Below are positions 32,030-41,410 of a DNA stretch of 64,000 bases, piece by piece; position 1 is the first letter of the stretch, and the number at the start of each line of letters is the position of its first letter. A program made the position numbers and the translations under genes. The notes below the pieces were generated by a model. That model saw only the letters and a list, made by a program, of their open reading frames with translations. It ran no database searches and had not been told where the DNA came from. The stretch lies in contig JAFGLG010000005.1 in the NCBI GenBank assembly GCA_016928155.1, forward strand, positions 128,340 to 192,339, given 5' to 3'. Origin of the DNA: Candidatus Woesearchaeota archaeon (lineage in GTDB: Archaea > Nanobdellota > Nanobdellia > Woesearchaeales > JAFGLG01).

Positions 32030-32551
32030 TCACAGCATATCCAGGTATCCTGAAAGAACAATTCCATTTGCCAAAGAATTTCGGAATTCTTCTGAAAGTT
32101 CTTTAGGATTTTCGGCGAAGAAAAGATTTATATCTCTATTTAGTGTTTTTTCGTACTGGGACAAATCCATGTCCTGTTCTTTTGCCTGAAGGAAAATATC
32201 AATATCGCTCCCTTCATGATCCTGACCCTTTGATGCAGAGCCGAACAAGAGAATCACATTTGGATGAAGACTATCATTCAGATGCTCTATCAATCCGGTC
32301 TCATGCAGCCTTAGGATCATGTCATTTCTCTTGTATAACTGGAATCTTTCTTCAGGATTTGCTTTATAGCTCGGGTATGTCGTGACCTTTTGTTTTCTTA
32401 TGAAGCCATCCTTCTCCAATGCCTTCAGATGATTCCTGACTGTGGGCAGTGTGAGGTTTGTCTTTCTGCAGACCTCTCTTATCTGGAATAATCCGGTGGG
32501 ATAATCAAAGAATAAACGCAGGATCCTGTATCTGGTATAATTTTGTATCAT
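32030..32551 (-). CDS. Minimal nucleotidyltransferase (MNT) with an N-terminal wHTH.
   Basis: LLFGSASKG..SDIDIF matches the GS-x(9-13)-DxD NTase signature. Confidence 0.7.
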   Translation of the reverse strand: MIQNYTRYRILRLFFDYPTGLFQIREVCRKTNLTLPTVRNHLKALEKDGFIRKQKVTTYPSYKANPEERFQLYKRNDMILRLHETGLIEHLNDSLHPNVILLFGSASKGQDHEGSDIDIFLQAKEQDMDLSQYEKTLNRDINLFFAENPKELSEEFRNSLANGIVLSGYLDML

Positions 32552-32630
32552 GTGATATAGAAATGTAGCAGTTGTTTATAAAGGTTTTGATTTTCCCTGA
32601 AAATATTTTTGAAAAACAGGTGCTGAAGAA

Positions 32631-32954
32631 CTATTGATTCATCTCTGCCTTTGCTCTGTTTTTCTCATGCACATCCTGTCTTGTTGTTTGCCAATAAAGA
32701 TCCTTGAATTTTCTTGCTGATGGATTTGACATGTCAAGCCTGAACATCTTTGCCTTGCCGACTCTTCTTGTCATTTTGACAATGCCTGCTGATTCCAGCT
32801 TGCTCCAGAACAATTTCAGAGTAGAATAACCGACACCTGAAAGGCTTGAAATGTCTGTCATGCTGTAGTCAAATTCCTCATTGACAACCAAGAAATCCAT
32901 GACTCTAAGAATCGGGGAATCTCCAAAAATCTCTAGGAATATTGATTTATGCAT
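32631..32954 (-). CDS. Winged-helix transcriptional regulator.
   Basis: wHTH pattern (DISSLSGVGYSTLKLFWSKLESAGIV...KMFRL). Confidence 0.5.
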   Translation of the reverse strand: MHKSIFLEIFGDSPILRVMDFLVVNEEFDYSMTDISSLSGVGYSTLKLFWSKLESAGIVKMTRRVGKAKMFRLDMSNPSARKFKDLYWQTTRQDVHEKNRAKAEMNQ

Positions 32955-33023
32955 AACATTTGGAGGATGAGTTCGGTATATAAATATTACTATCTTTGGC
33001 TTTTAATGGCTATTTCTAAAAAT

Positions 33024-33572
33024 TTAATTTTGGCTTTCTAATATCTGTTTAGCTTTGTTGACAAACATGATTGACTTAATCCTTAATTGCTCAACCAAAG
33101 ATTTGTCAAACACGTATCTTGTTGAGTATGTTGCCTCTTCTCGCTTTAATTTTGACTGCACATAAAATAAAAGATCATGATAATCAAAGAATAGACTGTT
33201 TATCAGAGCTATGTCCTCTGCATCAATTCCCTGGTTATGATATTCCTTAATCAACACACAGAGAGTGGCATCATGACTCTTGGTCCTGTAACCTTTCTTG
33301 CTCAGGAGCGCCATGGCTGCCTGATATGCTGCATAATAGCAACCTACAACACACCAGTCATGATAACCTAACTTCAGGTTGTCTTTAATGAATCTCAGAT
33401 TATGCTCTGCCTTGGCTTGATGACCTTTGATGAGAGCTTTATCTTCTGGCTGCATGACCAAGATATTCTTCCTTTGGTAAGTCCTAATTTTATTTTCCAA
33501 CAGTTTAGGATCATCTATCATCTTATTGAAGTCAAACAGCTTCATTATAATAAACCTCATAGAAGAACACAT
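33024..33572 (-). CDS. HEPN-domain protein.
   Basis: Helical 182-aa protein overlapping the start of the upstream NTase gene. HEPN-like GYHDWCVVGCYYAAYQAAMALL region. Confidence 0.5.
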   Translation of the reverse strand: MCSSMRFIIMKLFDFNKMIDDPKLLENKIRTYQRKNILVMQPEDKALIKGHQAKAEHNLRFIKDNLKLGYHDWCVVGCYYAAYQAAMALLSKKGYRTKSHDATLCVLIKEYHNQGIDAEDIALINSLFFDYHDLLFYVQSKLKREEATYSTRYVFDKSLVEQLRIKSIMFVNKAKQILESQN

Positions 33573-34125
33573 GATTCGTTATCGGGTAACCTGTGTTAAG
33601 GGCAGACTGCACAACATAATCCTGCTTCATCCTCAGTTCTGTCTTGAAATCAAGAAAAGTCATCTGGAAAACATTGATCCTTATGGCAGTCTGCGACTCG
33701 GCATATCTTTCTGCATTGCCTGTGTCCATTTTTTTATTAGTAATCAACAATAAATCAATATCAGAATCTTCGGTGTAGGTCCCTTTTGCAGTGGAACCGA
33801 ACAGGAATGCTATGACCGGCTTCTCAGTGAGCTTGTCAAGAAAACATGCTATTGCATTCTTCCTTATGCTTGGTAGCATGCTTAACCTCTCGACATCAAA
33901 CAGGGTGAATAATGCAAAGGTCTTGAGATTTTTCTTTGATGAATATTTCTTGAGATTTGCATCCTTTCTTGATGTGAGAAATCCCTCTTTCTCCAACTGG
34001 TTGAGGAATCTTGATGCGCTGTTCTCATTCAATCCTGTCCTTCTAGCAATCTCTCTCAGATGAAAGCTCTTATCCGTATTCCTGTAAAAGAGATACATAA
34101 TCTTTGAGGTCCCTATTGTTTTCAT
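33532..34125 (-). CDS. Minimal nucleotidyltransferase with an N-terminal wHTH.
   Basis: FLFGSTAKGTYTEDSDIDLLL NTase signature. Confidence 0.7.
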   Translation of the reverse strand: MKTIGTSKIMYLFYRNTDKSFHLREIARRTGLNENSASRFLNQLEKEGFLTSRKDANLKKYSSKKNLKTFALFTLFDVERLSMLPSIRKNAIACFLDKLTEKPVIAFLFGSTAKGTYTEDSDIDLLLITNKKMDTGNAERYAESQTAIRINVFQMTFLDFKTELRMKQDYVVQSALNTGYPITNHVFFYEVYYNEAV

Positions 34126-34357
34126 TTTTTAAACGATTGTTTAAATATTTTAAACATTTATATATTTTATTGTTTCTATCTGGGATACGAAGCTTAATAA
34201 GATTATATGAGAAAAATCCGAAAATTATCCGAAATGTTGATATTAATTAAATTAGTATATTATTGTGGATTTCTTATACCCCTATTTATAAATGTTTTAG
34301 TTACTTGTTAGTGATTAACAGCGAAAACTATAAATACCTGAGAGTCTTAAAAGCAGT

Positions 34358-34933
34358 ATGCTTGAATCATATCTGAACCAAGAATGCAACAGGAGAGGTT
34401 TTCTGACTGGACTAGCTAAACTTGCAGGCGGAGCAGCAATTGCAGCAACAGGACTGGATCTGCTAGCATCAGAAGCAGAGGCTGGAGAAAATTATTTTGG
34501 AACAAAAAGACCAGATCAAGAGTTATATGATATAATCAGTAACCTCAATCCAGAAAGGATGGAACAATTGAATGAACAGCAGAAATATAATCAAGTAGTT
34601 ACCGAGCTCAAAGCTCCTCTTGAAAAGGCATTGAGATATGATTTGCAAAGCCTAGGAACATCAGAGAAGAAGAAACTTGCATATGCATTCAATAGTTATG
34701 GTATTGGAAAGAATGCAAGTTTGAATACAACAAAATTCAAATATGGAAATGAATTTATAATTGCCACTATCCTAAGTCCGGAGGTAAGCACTTTTTGGTA
34801 CAGCCTCGCAGGGTATTACATGGCATCTGGAGACAATAAATCTGCAGTACCTTGCCTTAAGAAATTTGTTTCTCTTGAACCAAATGATAAAAGAACGCCA
34901 AGAATTCTAGATTGGATAGAAAAAAATTCATAA
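34358..34933 (+). CDS. Secreted protein with a Tat-type signal peptide (RRGFLTGLAKLAGGAAIAATG).
   Basis: Twin-arginine motif followed by a hydrophobic stretch. Very AT-rich upstream region. Confidence 0.55.
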   Translation: MLESYLNQECNRRGFLTGLAKLAGGAAIAATGLDLLASEAEAGENYFGTKRPDQELYDIISNLNPERMEQLNEQQKYNQVVTELKAPLEKALRYDLQSLGTSEKKKLAYAFNSYGIGKNASLNTTKFKYGNEFIIATILSPEVSTFWYSLAGYYMASGDNKSAVPCLKKFVSLEPNDKRTPRILDWIEKNS

Positions 34934-34985
34934 AAATCAGGTTTTCTTAATAATATTTTTAAATAAAAGCTGTCCAATAGCACAT

Positions 34986-37049
34986 ATGATCTGTAAAAAA
35001 GGGGTAATAGTACTAATTATTGTTCTATTACTATGTATAATAATCCATGCACAGGAACCTTGTAATCCAGCATTTGAGGATTGTCCAGATGAAGATGTCG
35101 ATTACGAATCTGAAGACACATGGCAGGATCCGAATAATTATGGAGCAGCTACTTCTTCTCAAGTAGGGTATGCACTTCAGAATGGATGGATAAGTGCAGG
35201 CAATATCCAGCACCTGACAGTTGATCAACTCAGAGCTAATCTTAATAATCTTGATGCACCACATATTAATGGACTCACACAGACTCAGATAATGGGTTTC
35301 ACAGGACCAGAAGTCTCAAACATCTACTATAGCATGCAAACAAACAGATACCAAGAGCTAACATCACCACAACTCACCCACCTCATGGACAATGGAATGA
35401 TATTCAACAACCCATCCGGCTTCAACCCACAGGATTACAATGCAAATGCCTTGAATTCAGCATGGCAGCAGCACTACAATAATCCTGGACTCTATGTGAA
35501 TGTAGGCACAGCAGGGAACGTGGGAATGACAAGGACAGCAACCCAGACAGGGAATCATGATGTGATGAATATCGATGGCAACACAATATACCTGGACACA
35601 TTCAATCTCTATGATCACAGCATCAGCTCAGCAGGCAGCCAATGGATCATAATAGATGATGTCATGTTCAAGAATGTAAAGAACCTGATGAGAAGCGACA
35701 GGAACTGCAACAATGACAACTGCCTGAATGCAGACAGCGCAGAAGAGATAAGGATACCGAATGCGAGAGGCAGGGCAGAGGCACAGGTCTCCAAGGATAT
35801 CACAATAGACTCAGACCATGAATACTATCTCAGCGAAGTGCAGCTCTTGGATGACAATGGCATCGTGCTGAAAGATGGGAAAGAGATCACATCCGCAAAC
35901 ACGCTGTTCTTTGCAGGAGAGAGCTCAAGCTTTGATGTGCTCTCAATATCCAGCGTGAGGAACTTTAATACAACCTACCTATATGATACCGCATTCCTCA
36001 CAGACCTGGGGGGCCTCATAACAACAGACCAGGACATCCTCCCGAGTGTCAGGGATTTTGAGTATTATTTCGGAGAAGACATAGATGGCGAAAGATATGA
36101 CATGGTATGCAACAAAGACAACAACCAAATCCTGCTGCATAACCATCTTCCAGGAAGCGGTAGAGAGATCCTCATCGACTGCGATAAGGATGGGGTGATC
36201 AATGCATCCCTAAGCGAACAGGAAACAAACCTGATGATAGATGAAAAATCCACCATCACGATAAAGACAGACAATACAAGAAAGATAGAGTTCAATCCGA
36301 ACAAGACAATACCCAATCTAAGCAGTGTGATGAGAATAATAGCAGCGCCCACACCTAATTACTATTTCCTGAATGGGATCATGAAATATCAGAACAACAA
36401 CATCAAGGAAGAGATAAATGTGGGAGATGCCCTGAATTCAGTAGAGATTGACCTCAACTTTGGATTCAAGTGCATGCAGCTGAGCAGGAATGCAATTTAC
36501 TATTATTATGGGGATGATTACAGCACATTTTCCATAAGGAATCCATCTTACAATCCAGAAGAGCATTACTCAATCTGCCTCAAGAAAGCAGATGGAGACC
36601 TGCTTGGAGGAGAATCACAGGTCGATTTCCTGCAGAAACAGATGTTCTTCAAGGGCTATGCCGAGGCAAACAAGTTCGTGTTCGCGCCCAGCAAAGAGAT
36701 AATCTCGCATCTTCTGCTCCCCATCTACCAGGGGTATTCAGATAACAGGATAGGCATGCAGTTCGACAATGAGCTCCACTTCGTGGAGAACAGCTATGCG
36801 ACAGGAGAGAGGACATCCAATTCCAGCATGATAAACTCAGGTTATTTCACAATATTCGAGAGAGACCATAGGTATGTGAGAGTGAATCAGGCGCCTTACT
36901 CATCAGCTATAAAGAGCTACAGCGCAAGCTATGATGACTCACAGATAATCATTGGATATGACCTGATCCAATACAAGGACAATTATGTCAGGGTCATAAG
37001 AGAAGATAACAACAAACAACAATATGAGAGATGGCTGGCAGATGGATAG
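34986..37049 (+). CDS. Large secreted hypothetical protein (687 aa), Asn/Gln/Tyr-rich.
   Basis: N-terminal signal or anchor (VIVLIIVLLLCIIIHA). Low GC. No enzyme motif recognised. Confidence 0.5.
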   Translation: MICKKGVIVLIIVLLLCIIIHAQEPCNPAFEDCPDEDVDYESEDTWQDPNNYGAATSSQVGYALQNGWISAGNIQHLTVDQLRANLNNLDAPHINGLTQTQIMGFTGPEVSNIYYSMQTNRYQELTSPQLTHLMDNGMIFNNPSGFNPQDYNANALNSAWQQHYNNPGLYVNVGTAGNVGMTRTATQTGNHDVMNIDGNTIYLDTFNLYDHSISSAGSQWIIIDDVMFKNVKNLMRSDRNCNNDNCLNADSAEEIRIPNARGRAEAQVSKDITIDSDHEYYLSEVQLLDDNGIVLKDGKEITSANTLFFAGESSSFDVLSISSVRNFNTTYLYDTAFLTDLGGLITTDQDILPSVRDFEYYFGEDIDGERYDMVCNKDNNQILLHNHLPGSGREILIDCDKDGVINASLSEQETNLMIDEKSTITIKTDNTRKIEFNPNKTIPNLSSVMRIIAAPTPNYYFLNGIMKYQNNNIKEEINVGDALNSVEIDLNFGFKCMQLSRNAIYYYYGDDYSTFSIRNPSYNPEEHYSICLKKADGDLLGGESQVDFLQKQMFFKGYAEANKFVFAPSKEIISHLLLPIYQGYSDNRIGMQFDNELHFVENSYATGERTSNSSMINSGYFTIFERDHRYVRVNQAPYSSAIKSYSASYDDSQIIIGYDLIQYKDNYVRVIREDNNKQQYERWLADG

Positions 37050-37761
37050 GAAGGGACAGATAACAATATGGATGATATTCGGAATTGTCATTATAGCAGT
37101 GCTCGCAATAACCATCTTCCTATGGGGCATGAGAGAATTCGGGGACAAACCAGAGCTGAACAGGTATGAGATACAATTGTTCACAGAGAGATGCCTCAAG
37201 GATACAGGAGAAAGCGCCCTCAAGAAGATCGGACTGCAAGGGACATATCTCCACCCGACAGATCATGTGGAGACAGAGTTCGGAAAAGTCGGGTACCTGT
37301 CAAGAAACGGAGAGAATGTCAACAGGACCTTGATCAATATCGAGCGTGACATCGCAGAGCATGTCATTGAGAACTTCGATATCTGCACTGGAAATTATTC
37401 TGTGTTCAAGCAGAAAGGACTGAAGATAAAGCAAGGAGATAAATATCTATCAGTCGGATTCGGCGAATATGCGACAATATTCACACTCAACTATCCAGTA
37501 TCATTCATCCTCGCAAATTCTACTTTCAGCTTTGAGAGATTCGAGACAGAAGTGCCGATAAGGTTCAAAACACTGTTCAGCTATGCCCTTGGAGTCAAGG
37601 ATCCAGACCTTATAGACATGACATATCTCGGCGACCTTGATGTCAACACCACAGTCCTTGATTACAACACATCAAAAGTGTATGTCTTTGATGATTCCTT
37701 ATCAGAGATAAGATCAGAAGAGAGGCTGAAGAGCTATAAGCTGGCGTTTGCTGTGAAGTAA
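37024..37761 (+). CDS. Membrane-anchored hypothetical protein of 245 aa.
   Basis: N-terminal transmembrane segment ITIWMIFGIVIIAVLAITIFLWG. Overlaps the upstream gene by 26 nt. Confidence 0.5.
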   Translation: MRDGWQMDRKGQITIWMIFGIVIIAVLAITIFLWGMREFGDKPELNRYEIQLFTERCLKDTGESALKKIGLQGTYLHPTDHVETEFGKVGYLSRNGENVNRTLINIERDIAEHVIENFDICTGNYSVFKQKGLKIKQGDKYLSVGFGEYATIFTLNYPVSFILANSTFSFERFETEVPIRFKTLFSYALGVKDPDLIDMTYLGDLDVNTTVLDYNTSKVYVFDDSLSEIRSEERLKSYKLAFAVK

Positions 37762-37960
37762 GAAGATTTGAATATTTCATATTTGTCATCGAAAAATATC
37801 TGATTCTATTGAAAATAAACTTGTTTTTTTCTGGAAAGAGATATTAAACTATATCTTCTTATAAAATAAAGAAAAAACCATGGTGGCTTGCACCTTGGTG
37901 AAATCCTCCGATTGAAAAAGAAAAGCAAAGATATTATTTAATGCTTTCGGTTTAGGCAAT

Positions 37961-38074
37961 GGCGTGGTGGCTCAACCTGGTACAGCGCCAGGCTGAAGCC
38001 CTGGTGAGATCCTCCGATCTCATGCGGGTTCAAATACTCTTGACCCCTTGAGTTTGGAAATCCCGCCCGCGCCG
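37961..38074 (+). tRNA. Candidate tRNA-Phe (anticodon GAA) interrupted by two insertions. One lies in the variable loop (about 14-16 nt, hairpin TGAGATC/GATCTCA). The other lies in the T loop after TTCAAAT (about 26 nt).
   Basis: Acceptor GGCGTGG/CCGCGCC. D arm GCTC-AACCTGGTA-CAGC. Anticodon arm CCAGG-CTGAAGC-CCTGG. T stem GCGGG...CCCGC with a canonical TTCAAAT loop. Discriminator G. Confidence 0.5.
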
Positions 38075-38082
38075 CCTAAAAC

Positions 38083-38826
38083 CTAATCCTCAGATATGCT
38101 CCACATCTGGTCAAAATATCTCTTGAAGTTGACAGCAATCTCTTTTGACTGGATAACAACACCTATCATGCCAGTGAAAGAGATGATAGCGACCTTATCA
38201 GCATAGACATAGGTTGTTGTGGGGAAGAAGCCGAACTGCTTGGGAAGAAAACGTCTTTCCTGGAGAGGAAAGATCTCCTTGCCCCGCGCATTCTGATAAT
38301 ATATTGACTTGACCTTGACACCCTTCCCATCCCTTCTCCTGGTCCAGTCAGTGATCCAGTGCTTCAGTATCTCTCTCATGATGCCTGTTGTTCCAAGACC
38401 ATACATGTATTCTCCAGGCTTCAGGGTCTCGATCATATCTTCATAGATAGAGATTATGCCGCGCTTTCCCTTGAAGTGATGCACCTCCTGCTTCTCAGTG
38501 CCCATCTGATACTTCAGCTCAAGCTGAGGAAAAATCTCATCGAACTGCTCAATCTCTTTTCTCTTTCTTTCTGCGATTCGCTTGAGATTCTCAGGTGAGG
38601 CCACTTCAAAATATTTCTTCTCAGCTTTGGAGGAGGTGCTCACAAGGCCCTTTTCCATCAATCTCTCAAGAGTATCATAGACATTGACCCTGTGAACGCC
38701 TGATTTCTGTGCAACTAAACCGGCAGAAGCGCTCCGCATCTCCAGAAGTGCAATATAGACCTTTGCCTCATTCTGGCTGAGACCAAGGGTCTCTATGTTC
38801 CTAAGTAATCCAGGCTCAAACGGCAT
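38083..38826 (-). CDS. trmB: TrmB-family transcriptional regulator.
   Basis: N-terminal wHTH LGLSQNEAKVYIALLEMRSASAGLVAQKSGVHRVNVYDTLERLMEKGLV. C-terminal sugar-binding-like domain. Confidence 0.75.
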   Translation of the reverse strand: MPFEPGLLRNIETLGLSQNEAKVYIALLEMRSASAGLVAQKSGVHRVNVYDTLERLMEKGLVSTSSKAEKKYFEVASPENLKRIAERKRKEIEQFDEIFPQLELKYQMGTEKQEVHHFKGKRGIISIYEDMIETLKPGEYMYGLGTTGIMREILKHWITDWTRRRDGKGVKVKSIYYQNARGKEIFPLQERRFLPKQFGFFPTTTYVYADKVAIISFTGMIGVVIQSKEIAVNFKRYFDQMWSISED

Positions 38827-38969
38827 AATATAGGGTATATAAAGCTTTTATTTAAATATTTCTAATTGTAGTATTGATATATACTACATTTATTTATATA
38901 TTTGGACCGGTATAATTATCACTGTAAAGTCATTAAGAGGTGACAAAAGTGAAACAGAATGAGATCCAA

Positions 38970-39089
38970 ATGGCAATCAAGATCGCAGTGCTCGGAAAGA
39001 AGTCAAAGACATACACTGTGGAGACTGAAAAAGGAAAATGCCAGGAGAGCGGCGGGATGAGCAGCTGGGGCGTAATGATGATGAGGTAA
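38970..39089 (+). CDS. Small ORF of 39 aa (46 aa if it starts at GTG 38949).
   Basis: AGAGGTGA ribosome-binding site upstream. The peptide is ...AIKIAVLGKKSKTYTVETEKGKCQESGGMSSWGVMMMR. Confidence 0.3.
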   Translation: MAIKIAVLGKKSKTYTVETEKGKCQESGGMSSWGVMMMR

Positions 39090-39093
39090 AAAT

Positions 39094-39210
39094 ATGATAA
39101 TCCTAAATGAAGATGACATAAGGACATTGAGGGAGCAAGGTTTCCTCAGCATAGAGCGACCAGAGGGAAAGCTTGTGCTCTATCATGAGACATCGATGGA
39201 GATAATGTGA
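39094..39210 (+). CDS. Small ORF of 38 aa.
   Basis: Tightly packed 4 nt after the previous stop. The peptide is MIILNEDDIRTLREQGFLSIERPEGKLVLYHETSMEIM. Confidence 0.3.
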   Translation: MIILNEDDIRTLREQGFLSIERPEGKLVLYHETSMEIM

Positions 39211-39219
39211 GGTGATAAG

Positions 39220-39570
39220 ATGAAACCTACACTTATGGAACTGGAAGCGGATCTTGATAAAATCATGGGAGGCAAAGAGCCAGATGGGATTCCTATTGGG
39301 TTGGGCTCCTGTCAAGGAACCTTAGAAATGCAATTGCTGATAAGACCTTACTTGAGACTCTTAAAGGATGAGAAGGGCATCACAATACCTGAAGCAATCA
39401 CCATGGCACTCGAAAGATACAAAGGGAGCCTGCCATTGGTTGATGGGATATACTTTGCATGGGGCACCTACAGGAACCCAGAAGAGGAAAATCAAGCGAT
39501 GGCTGGTGTTGAATCACAGATCTTGACAACGTATAAAGAGTTAGGCATAGAATTCAATTCAATAAAATAG
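39220..39570 (+). CDS. Hypothetical protein of 116 aa.
   Basis: GAGGTGA ribosome-binding site overlapping the upstream stop. Confidence 0.45.
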   Translation: MKPTLMELEADLDKIMGGKEPDGIPIGLGSCQGTLEMQLLIRPYLRLLKDEKGITIPEAITMALERYKGSLPLVDGIYFAWGTYRNPEEENQAMAGVESQILTTYKELGIEFNSIK

Positions 39571-39616
39571 ACATGCTACCACAAACTAAATAAACAAATC
39601 ATGGGGTTGATTAAAT

Positions 39617-41134
39617 ATGGAAGACGAATGGATGCTTGCAGAAGAAATTCCTGATATAGATTTCTTTTTCTCGCAGATATGGCTGAGCGCTTTTGTGAAT
39701 GATATGGAAAAAAGCGTTGGAACAAATTATGAGAAGATACTCTGTGTGTACAGGGGATTCAACCTGACATTCTATTACGGCAAAGATGATTCAAAGAGAT
39801 TTGCACAGCATGTCATAGATCTCATCAAGAAAGACAGGAAGTTTGGGCACAGGATAAATGACCAGATCTATAAGTTATCTGATAAACTTGCCACCTTCAG
39901 CAAGATGATTTATGATGCAGACCTTGGGAAGATGGACAACAATGAGCTGCTCAGACTGTTCAAGACACATGATGAGATGCATACTGAGCTGTATCAATGG
40001 GGATGGCTGCCAAATTCAATAGACATGTTCCATCCATTGTACACGGAGCTGCTGCTTTCCTATCTTGAGAAGAAGACAGGATCAAAAGAGGGAGCTAACA
40101 AGGCGTTGATAGCACTTACGCAGCCGCAGAAGAATTCCATACTTGCTGATATCGACGATGAGCTGCTGGAGATCGGTGCTGAGATAGAGAAGGACCAGAG
40201 CCAGACAGAGGTCTTCAAGAATAATAGCGCTAAGGCGATAAAGCAGAAGCTCAAGAAAGAGTTCCTGCAGAAGCTTGAGGATTATTGGCAGAAATACATG
40301 TATCTAGGTTATATGTGGTTAGGAATAGGGAAACAACTAGATGTGGAGGATTATATACAGACGCTGAAGGATTTTGTGGGCAAGGGTGTGAAGCTGACTG
40401 AGCAGGCAAAAGAGAACAAGAGGAGAGTTCTTGAAGATAACAAGAGAAGGAAAGAGGTGCTGAATGAATTGAAGATAGATGATGATCATAAAAACTTATT
40501 CGACCTCTGGGGAGATTTCATGCTGACGAAGATATACAGGAGGAATGCCCAGATCAAATCATTCTTCTATTTTGACAAACTTCAGAAGGAGATAGCAAAA
40601 AGGATAGGCGTGATACAAGAGCACCTGAGATTCATGCAGCCGGATGAGGTTGAGAATGCCTTGCATGGCGGTGAAGTGTATGTTGAGCTGCTCAACAAGA
40701 GGATGGAGTTCAGCGTCTACTATGCAGAGAAAGGATATGATGAATTTGTGACAGGAGAGGCTGCAAGAGAGCTGGCAAAAGCAGCAGAATCAGAAGTTGA
40801 TAAGGATGTGACTGAAGTGACAGGCCAGGTCGCTTGCTTGGGGAAAGCAAAAGGCAGAGTGAAGATCATAATCAGGGCAAGCGATATGCATAAATTCGAG
40901 CAGGGTGACATCCTGGTGAGCATTGCGACAGATCCTGATGTTGTTCCAGCGATGAAGAAGGCAGCAGCAATAGTCACAGAGCAGGGAGGAGTCACTTCGC
41001 ATGCAGCAATCGTGTCGCGTGAGTTAGGCACACCTTGCGTGATTGGCACAAAGATCGCAACCAAGGTCTTCAAGGATGGGGATCTTGTTGAAGTAGATGC
41101 AGAGAAAGGGATTGTGAGGAAAATCAGTAAATAA
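39617..41134 (+). CDS. Protein with a C-terminal PEP-utilising-enzyme mobile (phosphohistidine swivel) domain and an N-terminal domain of about 380 aa of unknown function.
   Basis: C-terminal GGVTSHAAIVSRELGTPCVIG signature. No ATP-grasp or PEP-binding TIM-barrel motif recognised in the N-terminal part. Confidence 0.65.
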   Translation: MEDEWMLAEEIPDIDFFFSQIWLSAFVNDMEKSVGTNYEKILCVYRGFNLTFYYGKDDSKRFAQHVIDLIKKDRKFGHRINDQIYKLSDKLATFSKMIYDADLGKMDNNELLRLFKTHDEMHTELYQWGWLPNSIDMFHPLYTELLLSYLEKKTGSKEGANKALIALTQPQKNSILADIDDELLEIGAEIEKDQSQTEVFKNNSAKAIKQKLKKEFLQKLEDYWQKYMYLGYMWLGIGKQLDVEDYIQTLKDFVGKGVKLTEQAKENKRRVLEDNKRRKEVLNELKIDDDHKNLFDLWGDFMLTKIYRRNAQIKSFFYFDKLQKEIAKRIGVIQEHLRFMQPDEVENALHGGEVYVELLNKRMEFSVYYAEKGYDEFVTGEAARELAKAAESEVDKDVTEVTGQVACLGKAKGRVKIIIRASDMHKFEQGDILVSIATDPDVVPAMKKAAAIVTEQGGVTSHAAIVSRELGTPCVIGTKIATKVFKDGDLVEVDAEKGIVRKISK

Positions 41135-41278
41135 GATATTATTTTTCTGAAAATTCTTTATTATTGGTCTGCATTCTCGGAAATTTCACGATTTATTCTC
41201 TTTTTTTCCGGTTTCTTCGGAAGGAACACTGGACAAGTTGACGATGGGCATATTAAGATATTCAGATATAGATATAAT

Positions 41279-41390
41279 GCCGTCGGTCCGGAGCCGACGG
41301 TTGCCCACACTGCAATGAACTAAGAGTGGAACTGATGGTTGCTGGGAAGGCCATTAAGTGATGAGACTCTGTTATGATGAGCAGTGTGGG
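41279..41390 (+). ncRNA. Candidate structured small RNA: a 7-bp hairpin followed by a domain closed by an 11-bp perfect helix, with GTGATGA/TGATGA/CTGA box-like motifs inside.
   Basis: CCGTCGG-TCCGGAG-CCGACGG hairpin. GCCCACACTGC (41302-41312) pairs with GCAGTGTGGGC (41380-41390), enclosing 67 nt that contain GUGAUGA, UGAUGA and CUGA. Confidence 0.35.
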
Positions 41391-41410
41391 CACTTCCTAG
41401 TTTAAATATT

